Assembly (NCBI GenBank): GCA_964642725.1
Contig: CAZXQG010000005.1
Span: 16,597 to 80,596, forward strand
Length of the DNA: 64,000 nt
Source: an uncultured Chitinophagaceae bacterium
GTDB lineage: Bacteria > Bacteroidota > Ignavibacteria > UBA10030 > UBA8401
Reading direction: 5' to 3'
A program made the position numbers and the translations under genes. Of this stretch, positions 1-10,206 are shown piece by piece (within the stretch, counting starts at the first letter, position 1; each line of letters opens with the position of its first letter). Under the pieces are notes generated by a model. That model worked only from the letters and a program-made list of their open reading frames with translations, ran no database searches and had not been told where the DNA came from.

Positions 1-26
1 CGTCTTTTCTTAGGGAGATCCGACTA

Positions 27-362
27 ATGAAATTCACATCGAAAGAAATCGCAGGGGTTACCGTAATCACGCTGGAAGGAAATGTTCTTGGCGGCCCCGA
101 TGCGACGGAATTAAACAACACGCTTCACAAGTTTATTGACGCAAAGAAAAAGAAGATCGTTGTCGACCTGAAAGGCGTTTCCTCGATGAACAGTTCCGGG
201 CTCGGCATGCTTATCGGCGGCGTTACCACAATGCGCAACGTCAAAGGCGACCTTAAACTCGCGGGCGCTTCAGAAAAGATCCTCAAACTTCTGCAGGTAA
301 CAAAGCTGCTTTCCGTCTTCGAACATTTCGATACGACAAAGAAAGCGGTTGAAAGCTTCTGA
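27..362 (+). CDS. STAS-domain anti-sigma factor antagonist (SpoIIAA/RsbV-like)
   Basis: 111-aa ORF with typical STAS antagonist layout and a conserved Ser-containing motif (SSMNSSGLGML). A hairpin terminator follows it. Confidence 0.8.
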   Translation: MKFTSKEIAGVTVITLEGNVLGGPDATELNNTLHKFIDAKKKKIVVDLKGVSSMNSSGLGMLIGGVTTMRNVKGDLKLAGASEKILKLLQVTKLLSVFEHFDTTKKAVESF

Positions 363-384
363 ATATTTTCCTAATTACGAAAAA

Positions 385-420
385 GGCGCCTTGTCAATAC
401 AAGACGCCTTTTCTATTTTG
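385..420 (+). terminator. Rho-independent terminator after the STAS gene
   Basis: GC hairpin aggcgccttg/caagacgcct with a 6-nt loop, followed by tttctatttt. Confidence 0.5.
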
Positions 421-503
421 GACCGTCTGCGATCTGCGAAAAATATGCATCTTCCGAGAAATCACGGCATTTTCGCGCAACGTCTCCGTCGACACCGGGA
501 GTT

Positions 504-1229
504 TTACTTCGTAAATTTCTTTTCTACATCCGATATTTTATCGACACGCTTTTTATGCCTCCCGCCGCCAAACCAGGTTTCCAGCCACACTTTGACGATG
601 GATTTGATAAGTTCTATTCCAAGCACTTTTGCCCCGAGGGTAAGAACGTTGGCGTCATTATGTTCCCGGCTGCTCTGAGCAACGAATTCGTTGAAACAGG
701 CAGCAGCCCGTATCCCTGGAAGTTTATTGCACACAATGGATGAGGCTACTCCCGTTGCATCAATCATGATTCCCCGCCATGCTTCCCCCTTCGCTACAAT
801 TCGAGCAACCGCGTAAGCGTAATCAGGATAATCACAGGCATCTTCTGAATTTGTCCCAACGTCCAGGATCCGGAATCCAAGGTCTTCAAGGTATTTCTTC
901 AGCAGCTCTTTCGTTTGAAAGCCGCCGTGGTCGCTGCCGATAACAATTAACTTCGAACCAACTTTCGACGAAGAAATCGTCGCGGCCCTGTAGGATTCCG
1001 AAGACGGTGACGGCTTCGGCCCGTCCGATGCTTCCTTTGTATCGATGAAATGTACTTTCAGTTCCTTTGCTTTGTCTTTCGCAGAGGGAGTGACAATGGT
1101 ATTCCTGTCGGCGAAGATGCTCGTCTTCCCTTCTTTAACCGCTTTTACAATATCGCGTTCTGTGAGAACTGTTTTCGCCATGGCTGGAAATTTCTTCTTA
1201 ACTATTTCGCGTACTCTTCGTCTCCCCAC
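504..1229 (-). CDS. rpiB: Ribose-5-phosphate isomerase B (RpiB/LacAB family) with an ~90-aa N-terminal extension
   Basis: The C-terminal ~150 aa carry RpiB hallmarks (IVIGSDHGGF..., GIMIDATGVASS, CNK, ANVLTLGAKV). The N-terminal 90 aa plus a Ser/Pro linker are not RpiB-like. An alternative start at MAKTVL (about 1181) would remove the overlap with rlpA. Confidence 0.8.
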   Translation of the reverse strand: MGRRRVREIVKKKFPAMAKTVLTERDIVKAVKEGKTSIFADRNTIVTPSAKDKAKELKVHFIDTKEASDGPKPSPSSESYRAATISSSKVGSKLIVIGSDHGGFQTKELLKKYLEDLGFRILDVGTNSEDACDYPDYAYAVARIVAKGEAWRGIMIDATGVASSIVCNKLPGIRAAACFNEFVAQSSREHNDANVLTLGAKVLGIELIKSIVKVWLETWFGGGRHKKRVDKISDVEKKFTK

Positions 1230-1690
1230 TCAACAACTTCAAGTTTCACTTTTGCGGTGCCCGTTCCTTTCATTCCCAGCTGTGTTGCCGCAGCAACCGA
1301 AAGGTCAATGATGCGCTCCAGCTTGAAGGGTCCGCGGTCGTTGATGCGCACGACAATCGACCGTTTGTTGTCAAGGTTTGTCACGCGGACTTTTGTGTTA
1401 AACGGCAGCGAGCGGTGGGCAGCGGTCATTTTATACATGTCGTACGTCTCTCCGTTCGCCGTTTTCTTTCCATTAAAATCATCCGCATAATAGGAGGCGA
1501 TGCCCTCCATGGTTTTCAACGACTTCGCCTCACTGTTCCCTTCATGAGATCTCGACTCAGTCGATCGCTCTCGAGTGAAGCGCGGCGACGATGCGCATCC
1601 TGAACTGATGAAAGCCGCAGCGAGTACACCGACAATGAACCCGGAATAAACGAACAGCACCTTCGTATGTTGCCGGCCGGACTCTTTCAC
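1202..1690 (-). CDS. rlpA: RlpA-like septal lipoprotein (DPBB domain)
   Basis: Lipoprotein signal peptide ending SSGC. The DPBB motif is GIASYYADDFNGKKTANGETYD...RINDRGPF. Confidence 0.75.
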   Translation of the reverse strand: MKESGRQHTKVLFVYSGFIVGVLAAAFISSGCASSPRFTRERSTESRSHEGNSEAKSLKTMEGIASYYADDFNGKKTANGETYDMYKMTAAHRSLPFNTKVRVTNLDNKRSIVVRINDRGPFKLERIIDLSVAAATQLGMKGTGTAKVKLEVVEWGDEEYAK

Positions 1691-1726
1691 AGTTCTCGTT
1701 GTGGTGGATTTTCGGAAACCGTCGAG

Positions 1727-2824
1727 CTATAAATAATCGTTCATCTGTTTGCGGCGTATATGATCGACAATCTCTTTCACATCCTGCGATGCACCGCGTT
1801 TGCAGATCAACAACGCATCTCCCGTGCTGACGATAATGAGGTCGTCAACACCGACCGTCGCCACCAATTTGTCGTTCGTGTGAACATAGCAATTGTTCGT
1901 GTTGAAGGAAATCACTTTCCCGTGAAGCGAATTTCCATGTTCATCTTTCGACGAAAGACGGTAGACTTCGTCCCACGATCCGACGTCACTCCATCCGAAT
2001 GCCCCGCGTATCACGTACGCGTTCGTCGCTTTCTCCATTACGGCGTAATCGATCGAGATTCCGCGTATCAACCCATACGCGTGCTCGATGCTCTGTTCGA
2101 GAAGCGGCGTCCCAAGCGACGGTTCGATGCTCATCAAATGGTCGTAGAGTTCCGGAAGTGAATGCTTGATCTCTTTCAAAATGACGTCTGCCCTCCAAAT
2201 GAACATACCGCTGTTCCAGAAGAAGTCGCCGCTTTCGATAAATTTCTGGGCAGTCGCAAGGTTTGGTTTCTCGGCAAACGTCTTTACTTTGAAAATTTCT
2301 TGTGGCGGCGTTTTGCTTGTGCCCTGTTCATCATCAACGATCTGGATATATCCGTAACCGGTCTCCGGATGGGTCGGCTGAATTCCGATAGTGATAAGGG
2401 ACGATTGCTCGTGCGCCGCATTTACGCCAACCTTCAAAACACGACGGAATTCTTCCTCGTCGAGTACAATATGGTCAGAAGGGAGCACCACCATTACGCC
2501 GTCAGGGTCCAGCCTGCTGACAAATATTGCAGCCAGTCCAATGCAAGTCGCGGTATTTCGTCCGATCGGTTCGCAGATAATGTTTTCAACCGGGATCCCA
2601 GGCAACTGTTTGATTACGGCATTCTTTTGCAGTTTGTTCGTGACGATAAAAATATTTTCGGGAGCAACAAAGCCGTTCAGACGCCCGACAGTGTTCTGGA
2701 TCAGAGTATGCCCGCCCGCCATTTCCATCAGCTGCTTCGGCATTCGTTCACGGCTCCGCGGCCAGAACCTTGAACCGACTCCTCCCGCCATGATCACGGC
2801 ATAGATCGTTGTTTGTTCACCCAC
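1727..2824 (-). CDS. Mannose-1-phosphate guanylyltransferase (GDP-mannose pyrophosphorylase)
   Basis: Nucleotidyltransferase N-terminus (AVIMAGGVGSRFWPRSRERMPKQL) with a ManC-like C-terminal region. 365 aa. Confidence 0.85.
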   Translation of the reverse strand: MGEQTTIYAVIMAGGVGSRFWPRSRERMPKQLMEMAGGHTLIQNTVGRLNGFVAPENIFIVTNKLQKNAVIKQLPGIPVENIICEPIGRNTATCIGLAAIFVSRLDPDGVMVVLPSDHIVLDEEEFRRVLKVGVNAAHEQSSLITIGIQPTHPETGYGYIQIVDDEQGTSKTPPQEIFKVKTFAEKPNLATAQKFIESGDFFWNSGMFIWRADVILKEIKHSLPELYDHLMSIEPSLGTPLLEQSIEHAYGLIRGISIDYAVMEKATNAYVIRGAFGWSDVGSWDEVYRLSSKDEHGNSLHGKVISFNTNNCYVHTNDKLVATVGVDDLIIVSTGDALLICKRGASQDVKEIVDHIRRKQMNDYL

Positions 2825-2833
2825 ATTTCACCT

Positions 2834-4084
2834 TTAATGTTTAAGCAGCGCTTCGGGGTCTTGAAGAATTTGATTGATGCTTTCAAGCATTGCGGCTCCG
2901 TTGGACCTTTCAGTAAGCGCCTTCGAAAGACGTTCGCCGACTTCACGCATGACTTCCGCAACACGCTCGTCTTGAGCCAAACCCGATGAATCAACATACC
3001 GAATGAATTTTAGCACCGATAGAAAGAACTCGAGAATCTCCTTCTTCCCGTGCGCACGAGCGACCTCAGTTGAACCTCTCGCGATCATCGCTAGCACTGC
3101 AAACACGCTCTTGCGTTCAGAGGGAGTCTTCGTGCCGATCTTTGAAACAATTTCTGTGAAGCGCTGAAAGCCGAGCAAAAGATTTTGATCGAGAATGTCG
3201 GCGAGAGCCGGGGATTCCACGACAGCCGGCGGGGGCGGCGTTTGAGGTTCGGGCTTTGAAAACATCTCTGGCTGAACTTCAGCAGGAAGGTCAGTCGGTT
3301 CCTCCGCGACAAGAACAGGCGGTACCGGTTCCGTCTGAGGCTCGGCCTCAGGAAGATTCTCAGGCTGCGTCTCGGGTTCCAGTTCCGGAACAATTTCGGG
3401 CTGATTTTCTGTAAGAAGTTCCGTTGGTTCCTCCACAACATCGACAGGAGGCGCCGGTTCCATCTGAGGTTCAGGCTCGGAAATAATCTCAGGTTGAATT
3501 TCAGGAAGAACCTCCGCCGGTTCCTCGGCAACAGCGACTGGGGGCTCTGGTTCCATCTGAGGTTCAGGATCTGAAATAAACTCAGGCTGAACTTCAGGAA
3601 GAAGCTCCGCCGGTTCCGTCTGAACTTCCGGTTCGGGGAGAAGCTCAGGCTGATCGTGAGAAGCAAGTTCCGCCGGTTCCTCGGCGACAACGGCAGGCGC
3701 GGACATTGCGGTCTCAACCGGTGCGTCAAATGGTTCGCTGAGAAATGCTTCGAACAATTTGTCGCTCAGCAACATCGCATCGATGTCAAATTGATCAGGA
3801 GAAAAATCTTCGCCCGGCTGTGCGACGCGTTCCAGCAACCACTGCATGGAAAGTGCGGCTTTCGTGAAACCGAATACCTGGCTCAAATGGTGTAACTCGT
3901 CTTTTAGATTCGGCGCCTGCTCAAGCCGTTCGATCAAAACCCGCATCTTGCTCCCGTGAAAAGGAATCAAGCTGTCTTGCAATCCCGCTTGGGTTCGTTG
4001 AAGCACCTGCAATAAGTATTGTTCTGGGTTATCCATGTTTGTAATTTCTCGGAACTCTCTCGGAAACTGCACAGAATATTTCAT
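2834..4084 (-). CDS. Hypothetical protein with a central Pro/Glu-rich tandem-repeat linker
   Basis: A 416-aa ORF with globular-looking N- and C-terminal regions around ~150 aa of EP/PE-rich repeats. The start may be the internal MDNPEQ (about 4036), which would minimise overlap with alr. Confidence 0.6.
   Translation of the reverse strand: MKYSVQFPREFREITNMDNPEQYLLQVLQRTQAGLQDSLIPFHGSKMRVLIERLEQAPNLKDELHHLSQVFGFTKAALSMQWLLERVAQPGEDFSPDQFDIDAMLLSDKLFEAFLSEPFDAPVETAMSAPAVVAEEPAELASHDQPELLPEPEVQTEPAELLPEVQPEFISDPEPQMEPEPPVAVAEEPAEVLPEIQPEIISEPEPQMEPAPPVDVVEEPTELLTENQPEIVPELEPETQPENLPEAEPQTEPVPPVLVAEEPTDLPAEVQPEMFSKPEPQTPPPPAVVESPALADILDQNLLLGFQRFTEIVSKIGTKTPSERKSVFAVLAMIARGSTEVARAHGKKEILEFFLSVLKFIRYVDSSGLAQDERVAEVMREVGERLSKALTERSNGAAMLESINQILQDPEALLKH
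3260..3700 (-). repeat. Imperfect ~93-bp tandem repeats (about 4 copies) encoding the PE-rich linker
   Basis: The unit ggttccatctgaggttcagg... starts at 3456 and again at 3549, a 93-bp period. Protein units are about 31 aa (VAEEPAE.LPE.QPE.ISEPEPQMEPxPPV). Confidence 0.7.
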
Positions 4085-5180
4085 ACGGGATTGTGCCGAG
4101 CGTATCGGAAATCTTCCAGCAGGAAATTTCCGAATCGCCGTCCCGTCCCATTAACGTCACCCGGTCACCAACCTTGCACGCAGCCCGCTCGCCGACATCG
4201 ATCATGAGTTGGTCCATGCAAATCGCGCCGACGACAGGGTATTTTTTCCCATTGACGAGAACGTCCGCTTTGTTCGTCAGCCGCCTGCTGATGCCGTCAG
4301 CGTAACCGATTGAAACCGACGCGATATTCGTTTTTGACGATGTGTAATAGCGACGTCCATAGCTGACGCTTGTTCCCTTCTCTACTGTTTTCATAAACTC
4401 GATCCTTGAACGTATTGACATTGCAGGTTTCAACGGCAGAGGTTTTCGAGTCTCTCGAGAAGGATAGCAGCCATACAGCATGATTCCGGGGCGAACCATA
4501 TCGAAATATGACTCTTTCAATTGAAGGATCGCACCGCTGTTGGCGCTATGTTTTATGGGAATGTGAATACCGGCTGAATCAAGCCCGTGGAGAAGTGAAG
4601 TAAAATCCGACAATTGTTTGCGGGCAAACGACAGATTTTTCGCATCCGCTGTGGCGAAGTGAGTGAATATTCCAGCCACTTCAATATTGCCGAGCATACT
4701 CACTTCACGGATAAAAGCTGTCGCATCTTTAGGGGCGATGCCAATCCTTCCCATGCCGGTATCGACCTTCACGTGAACGACGGCTTTTTTCCCCGCACCG
4801 GCCGCGATCCGGTCAAGGTTCCGCGCAATCGAAATTGAACACAAAGTCGCTCCCAGATTGTGCTCGACGAACAACGCAAGCTGCGGTTCCGGCGGCGCCG
4901 TCAGCACCAGTACTGGAGCCTCGATTCCGTTTTGCCGGAGAGTGACTCCTTCTTCAACAATGGCCACGCCGAGGTGCGATGCCAGTTTCTCTTTCAATAT
5001 CGACTTTGCAACCGGAAGCATTCCATGACCGTACGCGTTGGCTTTGACAACCGCCATTATGTATGGCTGCTTGCCGACCTGTTTTCGAACTTGCTTGAGA
5101 TTGTGATGAATTGCTTTGAGGTCAATTTCTGCGTAGGTCGGTCTCATGAATTCAATCTTGGGAAAAAAAATCAATGCCAA
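4029..5180 (-). CDS. alr: Alanine racemase
   Basis: Contains the PLP-binding Lys motif AVVKANAYGHG and is full length. The start may be the internal MRPTYAEIDL. Confidence 0.9.
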   Translation of the reverse strand: MALIFFPKIEFMRPTYAEIDLKAIHHNLKQVRKQVGKQPYIMAVVKANAYGHGMLPVAKSILKEKLASHLGVAIVEEGVTLRQNGIEAPVLVLTAPPEPQLALFVEHNLGATLCSISIARNLDRIAAGAGKKAVVHVKVDTGMGRIGIAPKDATAFIREVSMLGNIEVAGIFTHFATADAKNLSFARKQLSDFTSLLHGLDSAGIHIPIKHSANSGAILQLKESYFDMVRPGIMLYGCYPSRETRKPLPLKPAMSIRSRIEFMKTVEKGTSVSYGRRYYTSSKTNIASVSIGYADGISRRLTNKADVLVNGKKYPVVGAICMDQLMIDVGERAACKVGDRVTLMGRDGDSEISCWKISDTLGTIPYEIFCAVSERVPRNYKHG

Positions 5181-5214
5181 TATAGCAGATTAATGAAGAA
5201 GAATCAACGAACAT

Positions 5215-5261
5215 ACAAAAAAGCCCACAAACGGATTTAATCTTTGTGGGCTGTGAGACAA
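5215..5261 (-). terminator. Rho-independent terminator downstream of atpC
   Basis: On the minus strand the hairpin is gcccacaaag...ctttgtgggc followed by TTTTTT. Confidence 0.5.
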
Positions 5262-5275
5262 ACTATTACGGCGGC

Positions 5276-5683
5276 TCAGTGGTTTTCTGCAATTTTTAAA
5301 CGATTGATGGCGCGAATGAGGGCAATTCGAGCGCGCTCTTCGTCAATGCGTTCTTCCTTTTGCAAACGCTCGGCAGCACGCTCTTTGGCTTTCTCTGCTC
5401 TCTGCACGTCAATTTCATCGGAGCGTTCGGCCGTCTCCGCTAAGAGAATAACCTTGTTGCCGTTGACTTCAACGAAACCGCCGCTCGTTGCATAACGGCT
5501 GACTGCTCCGGCAGGATCGACGACTTTCACCTGCCCGACCGTAATCGATGAAAGAAAGGGTGCATGATCGAACAATACCTGGAAGCCCCCCGCCACACCC
5601 GGTGCGCTGAAACTTTGCACTTCCCCGGAGAAAACCGTTTTCGTCGGAGTCACTATATCGAGATTAAAATTCTTTCCTGACAT
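5276..5683 (-). CDS. atpC: F0F1 ATP synthase epsilon subunit
   Basis: 135-aa epsilon-subunit fold with a helical C-terminal tail, immediately downstream of atpD. Confidence 0.9.
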   Translation of the reverse strand: MSGKNFNLDIVTPTKTVFSGEVQSFSAPGVAGGFQVLFDHAPFLSSITVGQVKVVDPAGAVSRYATSGGFVEVNGNKVILLAETAERSDEIDVQRAEKAKERAAERLQKEERIDEERARIALIRAINRLKIAENH

Positions 5684-5704
5684 CAGAGTTCGTTGTTATT
5701 CTTT

Positions 5705-7138
<1,434 letters not shown>

Positions 7139-7304
7139 TCACAATATTCGTAGCTAATGTTTCAAATTAACTAATTTTTTAAGAAAAATCAATGCAAATC
7201 TAGGTGAAGAATGATTCCATAACTCAAATTATTCCGCGAAAAAGTATCTCGAACTGCGAAAGTTCAAGAACATAAAGTCATTGCATCACTTCACTTTTAA
7301 AAAA

Positions 7305-8261
7305 TCATCGTTTGAGAATGGAGGCTATGATAGCCTTCCCATGCAAACGCCCGTTTTCAATAAATATTCTGTTATTATTTTTTCCTGCTGCAATTGAACC
7401 GGCAATGTAGAGCCCCGGAATGTTTGTTTCCATCGTCACCTCGTCGTAATCGGGCGCCAGCGTCTCGGAATTCGTTTCCACTCCTATTGCTTTGAGAAAG
7501 CTGATATCGGGGTGGTAGCCTATCAGGGCAAAGACAAAATCGGTTGGAATTGAAAAGCGGCCCCGGGCGTTGTTTTCGAGAACAAGCGAATCTGCTTTTA
7601 TCTCTTTTACCTCAGTCGAAAAATGTGTTGTTATCGTCCCTTCTCTTATTCTGTTTTCGATGTCCGGAAGGATCCAGTATTTTATTCCATCGCTCAATTT
7701 TTCCCATCGATGAATAAGAGTGACGACCGCGCCGTGACGGTACAATTCTAGCGCGGCAATCGCGGCGGAATTTTTTCCGCCTATGACGGCAACATTCCGC
7801 CTGAAGTACGAAAATGGCTCTGAATAATAATGAGAGACGGTTGGAAATTCTTCTCCGGGGATATTCAAAAGGTTTGGATTGTCGAAGTAACCTGTTGCAA
7901 CGATGACGTTTCTTGTTTTGTATAAAGATTTGCTCGTCTTTAGTTCGAAGCCTTGGTCTGCTTTTCTTAAGGAAACTACTTGTTCAAAGAGTTGCAGCCG
8001 GAGCTTAAAATGTTCGGCGACTTTCATGTAGTACTCCAACCCGTCTGCTCTCGTAGGCCGCATTGACGACGAAGAAAAAGGAAGGCCGCCTATCTCGAGC
8101 AGTTCCGGCGTAGAAAAAAAGGACATCGCCGTTGGAAATTTTTGGATGGAATTGACCACCGCGCCCTTTTCAATAACGAGATAGTGCAAACCCGCTTTAT
8201 ATGCTTCGATAGCAGCCGACAGCCCCGCCGGCCCCGCTCCAATGATCACAACATCATACAT
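7305..8261 (-). CDS. ypdA: YpdA-family putative bacillithiol disulfide reductase (FAD-dependent, thioredoxin-reductase-like)
   Basis: FAD-binding GAGPAG N-terminus. Strong similarity to Bacillus subtilis YpdA through motifs ATGYF, IGGKNSA.A.LEL, WILP, ALIGYHPD and IFIENG. Confidence 0.8.
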   Translation of the reverse strand: MYDVVIIGAGPAGLSAAIEAYKAGLHYLVIEKGAVVNSIQKFPTAMSFFSTPELLEIGGLPFSSSSMRPTRADGLEYYMKVAEHFKLRLQLFEQVVSLRKADQGFELKTSKSLYKTRNVIVATGYFDNPNLLNIPGEEFPTVSHYYSEPFSYFRRNVAVIGGKNSAAIAALELYRHGAVVTLIHRWEKLSDGIKYWILPDIENRIREGTITTHFSTEVKEIKADSLVLENNARGRFSIPTDFVFALIGYHPDISFLKAIGVETNSETLAPDYDEVTMETNIPGLYIAGSIAAGKNNNRIFIENGRLHGKAIIASILKR

Positions 8262-8335
8262 TAAAAGCCCTTTCTCACAAAAAATCCGTCCTTCGTTTGA
8301 ACTTAAGGGACGGATCTCTCATGCATAATACGAAG

Positions 8336-8407
8336 AGCTGAAGGTGGGATTTGAACCCACGACCTGCGGTTTACGAAACCGCTGCTCTACCGCTGAGCTA
8401 CTTCAGC
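8336..8407 (-). tRNA. tRNA-Thr (anticodon CGU)
   Basis: The reverse complement folds as a cloverleaf: acceptor GCTGAAG/CTTCAGC, D-arm GCTC...GAGC, anticodon stem GCGGT/ACCGC with loop TTCGTAA (anticodon CGT), T-arm GTGGG-TTCAAAT-CCCAC. No CCA is encoded. Confidence 0.85.
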
Positions 8408-8430
8408 CATGCTTTGATAATATAAAAAAA

Positions 8431-9141
8431 TTAGAAGAAAATTCCAATAAACGGCCCGTGAACCATGCGCGCATAGTCTTGCGTTTTATCGCTCATCGAC
8501 CATTTCTGAGTCTCAAACCGGTAACCCGCCGTTACACCATCTCCGATAAGTTCACGAAACAAAAATTGAAGTTCGGCAACGACGGCAGTAGACGACCCGC
8601 TTTCTACACTGAACCCTGCCGTGCTGTAATAAAGAATTCCAACGCCGGTGAATTGAACTCCAAAATTCTCTGTTATGTGTTTGTACTCCAAACCTGTCCC
8701 AATTCCGACACTTGCAATGTTAAAATCTTTGGATGAATTTGATGCACCGCCGGCCTCTACAAAATTCGTCGAAAACACAACTGGCAAAAACAAATTTCCG
8801 CGGTCGGAGGAGGCGGTTAATGAAATATCGGTTATCGATTCAGCGGCCAGCGAAATTTCCGAGCGGCTGTCAGTGTTAAACCTGTATGACGAATAACCAA
8901 AGGCAATCCGCAAGCCCAGCTGCCGGTATTCAGCGGACCACAAAGGGGACTTGACATGGATTTTTGCTGAATCGGAGAGCGTATTCCCTCCCGCCGGCTC
9001 AAAATCCTGAACCGATGTGTTTATCCCGAACGAACGGAAATCCTCGAGCGAAGGATAGTTCTCTTCAAAAAGCTGGCTTCGAGATTCTTTCGACGAACAC
9101 ACGAGAAATAAGAAAATAAAGCAGCACCTGGAAACAGTCAT
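8431..9141 (-). CDS. Putative outer-membrane beta-barrel protein
   Basis: Signal peptide starting at MTVSRCCFIFLFL. Shows an alternating hydrophobic pattern and a C-terminal aromatic end (GIFF). Confidence 0.5.
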   Translation of the reverse strand: MTVSRCCFIFLFLVCSSKESRSQLFEENYPSLEDFRSFGINTSVQDFEPAGGNTLSDSAKIHVKSPLWSAEYRQLGLRIAFGYSSYRFNTDSRSEISLAAESITDISLTASSDRGNLFLPVVFSTNFVEAGGASNSSKDFNIASVGIGTGLEYKHITENFGVQFTGVGILYYSTAGFSVESGSSTAVVAELQFLFRELIGDGVTAGYRFETQKWSMSDKTQDYARMVHGPFIGIFF

Positions 9142-9276
9142 GTGTGTAACTCTTGCACCGTCCATAATATTTTTGCTGGTTGAATGTACATTTTTTTAAT
9201 GAAACTTTCATCCCGCTCAATTTGAGAAACAAAAACATTCAACGTATATTATGCATTAGATAAGGGCAGGAAAAAT

Positions 9277-9690
9277 ATGATGAACCGGTTTTTCAAATTT
9301 GGATTCTCGATGGCAGGCTGTGTCGTAGCGTTAGTCTTCGTTCTCTCATCGTGCAAAGACACATCAAATTCGGTTTCGAACTTGGACGAAATAGTTTTCC
9401 CTGCAACGGGTATCAGTTATGAGAAGCAAGTGCAGCCGCTCTTTAACATCGGCTGCGCAACTACCTCATGCCATGATAACCAGGACAAGACGCTCAACCT
9501 TACAAGCTACGGTTTATGGAAGTTAGATCCGGGCGTTATCTATAGCGGGGATACAACCAATAGCAGATTCATATGGTGCATTGAAGCAAGGCCTGGATCA
9601 TCCCCCATGCCGCCGGCGAGGCCCCTGGTACAAAACCAAATCCAGGGATTGAAGAGGTGGATCTACGAGGGTGCAAAAGACACGCAGTAA
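9277..9690 (+). CDS. Lipoprotein with a PSCyt1-like (Planctomycete cytochrome c) domain and a non-canonical CX4CH motif
   Basis: Lipobox LSSC. The stretch VQPLFNIGCATTSCHD...L.L...MPP....L...QI..L..WI..GA matches the PSCyt1 pattern, except that CxxCH is replaced by C-ATTS-CH. Confidence 0.5.
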   Translation: MMNRFFKFGFSMAGCVVALVFVLSSCKDTSNSVSNLDEIVFPATGISYEKQVQPLFNIGCATTSCHDNQDKTLNLTSYGLWKLDPGVIYSGDTTNSRFIWCIEARPGSSPMPPARPLVQNQIQGLKRWIYEGAKDTQ

Positions 9691-9695
9691 TCTGC

Positions 9696-10205
9696 CTACT
9701 TCTTTTGTAACAAATACACCAAATCGAACTCTATGCCTCCTTCCGAGTGTTCTACAATTCTTCCTATCTCTTTTCCGTCAGAAAGCAGAATAAACGTCGG
9801 CACTTTTGTCACGTGATACTTCTCCGTCACTCCCTCGCGATTTCTCTTTGACCTGTCGACGCCGTACAGTTCGATGTTCGCTTCAGGTATATGCGCTAAA
9901 GATGCCGTCTTAAAGAATTTTGGAAGTTCGCGTTTCGTGTCGCCGCACCATGTGCCGCCGATGACGATGAAGCGAATATCTTTCGCGGCTGAGGAGAGAA
10001 ACACGACGGATGCAGAGTCCGGTGTGAACGATGCAAAGTTTTTCGCGTACCAATCAAAAGAGGAGTCGGCCTCTAACAGCGAGGATGAAAACCTGCCGGT
10101 GATAATCTTCTGTCCGCGCGGTTCGACTGAAACCTGATAGGATTCGCCGGAACCACACCCGGCAATAAGTAACAATACCGCAAGAAAAACCGTTCTACGC
10201 GCCAT
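9696..10205 (-). CDS. Thioredoxin-fold lipoprotein (single-Cys WCGDT motif)
   Basis: Signal peptide plus lipobox (LLLIAGCGS). Thioredoxin-like core with TWCGDT, where the second Cys is replaced by Thr. Start taken at MARRTV. Confidence 0.6.
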   Translation of the reverse strand: MARRTVFLAVLLLIAGCGSGESYQVSVEPRGQKIITGRFSSSLLEADSSFDWYAKNFASFTPDSASVVFLSSAAKDIRFIVIGGTWCGDTKRELPKFFKTASLAHIPEANIELYGVDRSKRNREGVTEKYHVTKVPTFILLSDGKEIGRIVEHSEGGIEFDLVYLLQKK

Positions 10206-10206
10206 T

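Noticed and set aside
349-678. 109-aa ORF downstream of the first STAS gene
   Set aside because: It spans the terminator hairpin and the antisense 3' end of rpiB. It has low-complexity composition and no homolog-like features.
3091-3729. 212-aa Arg-rich ORF overlapping the PE-rich repeat region
   Set aside because: It is an alternative frame of the tandem repeat. The Arg/Asn/Leu-rich low-complexity product is a repeat artefact, and the sense PE-rich protein has conserved flanking domains.
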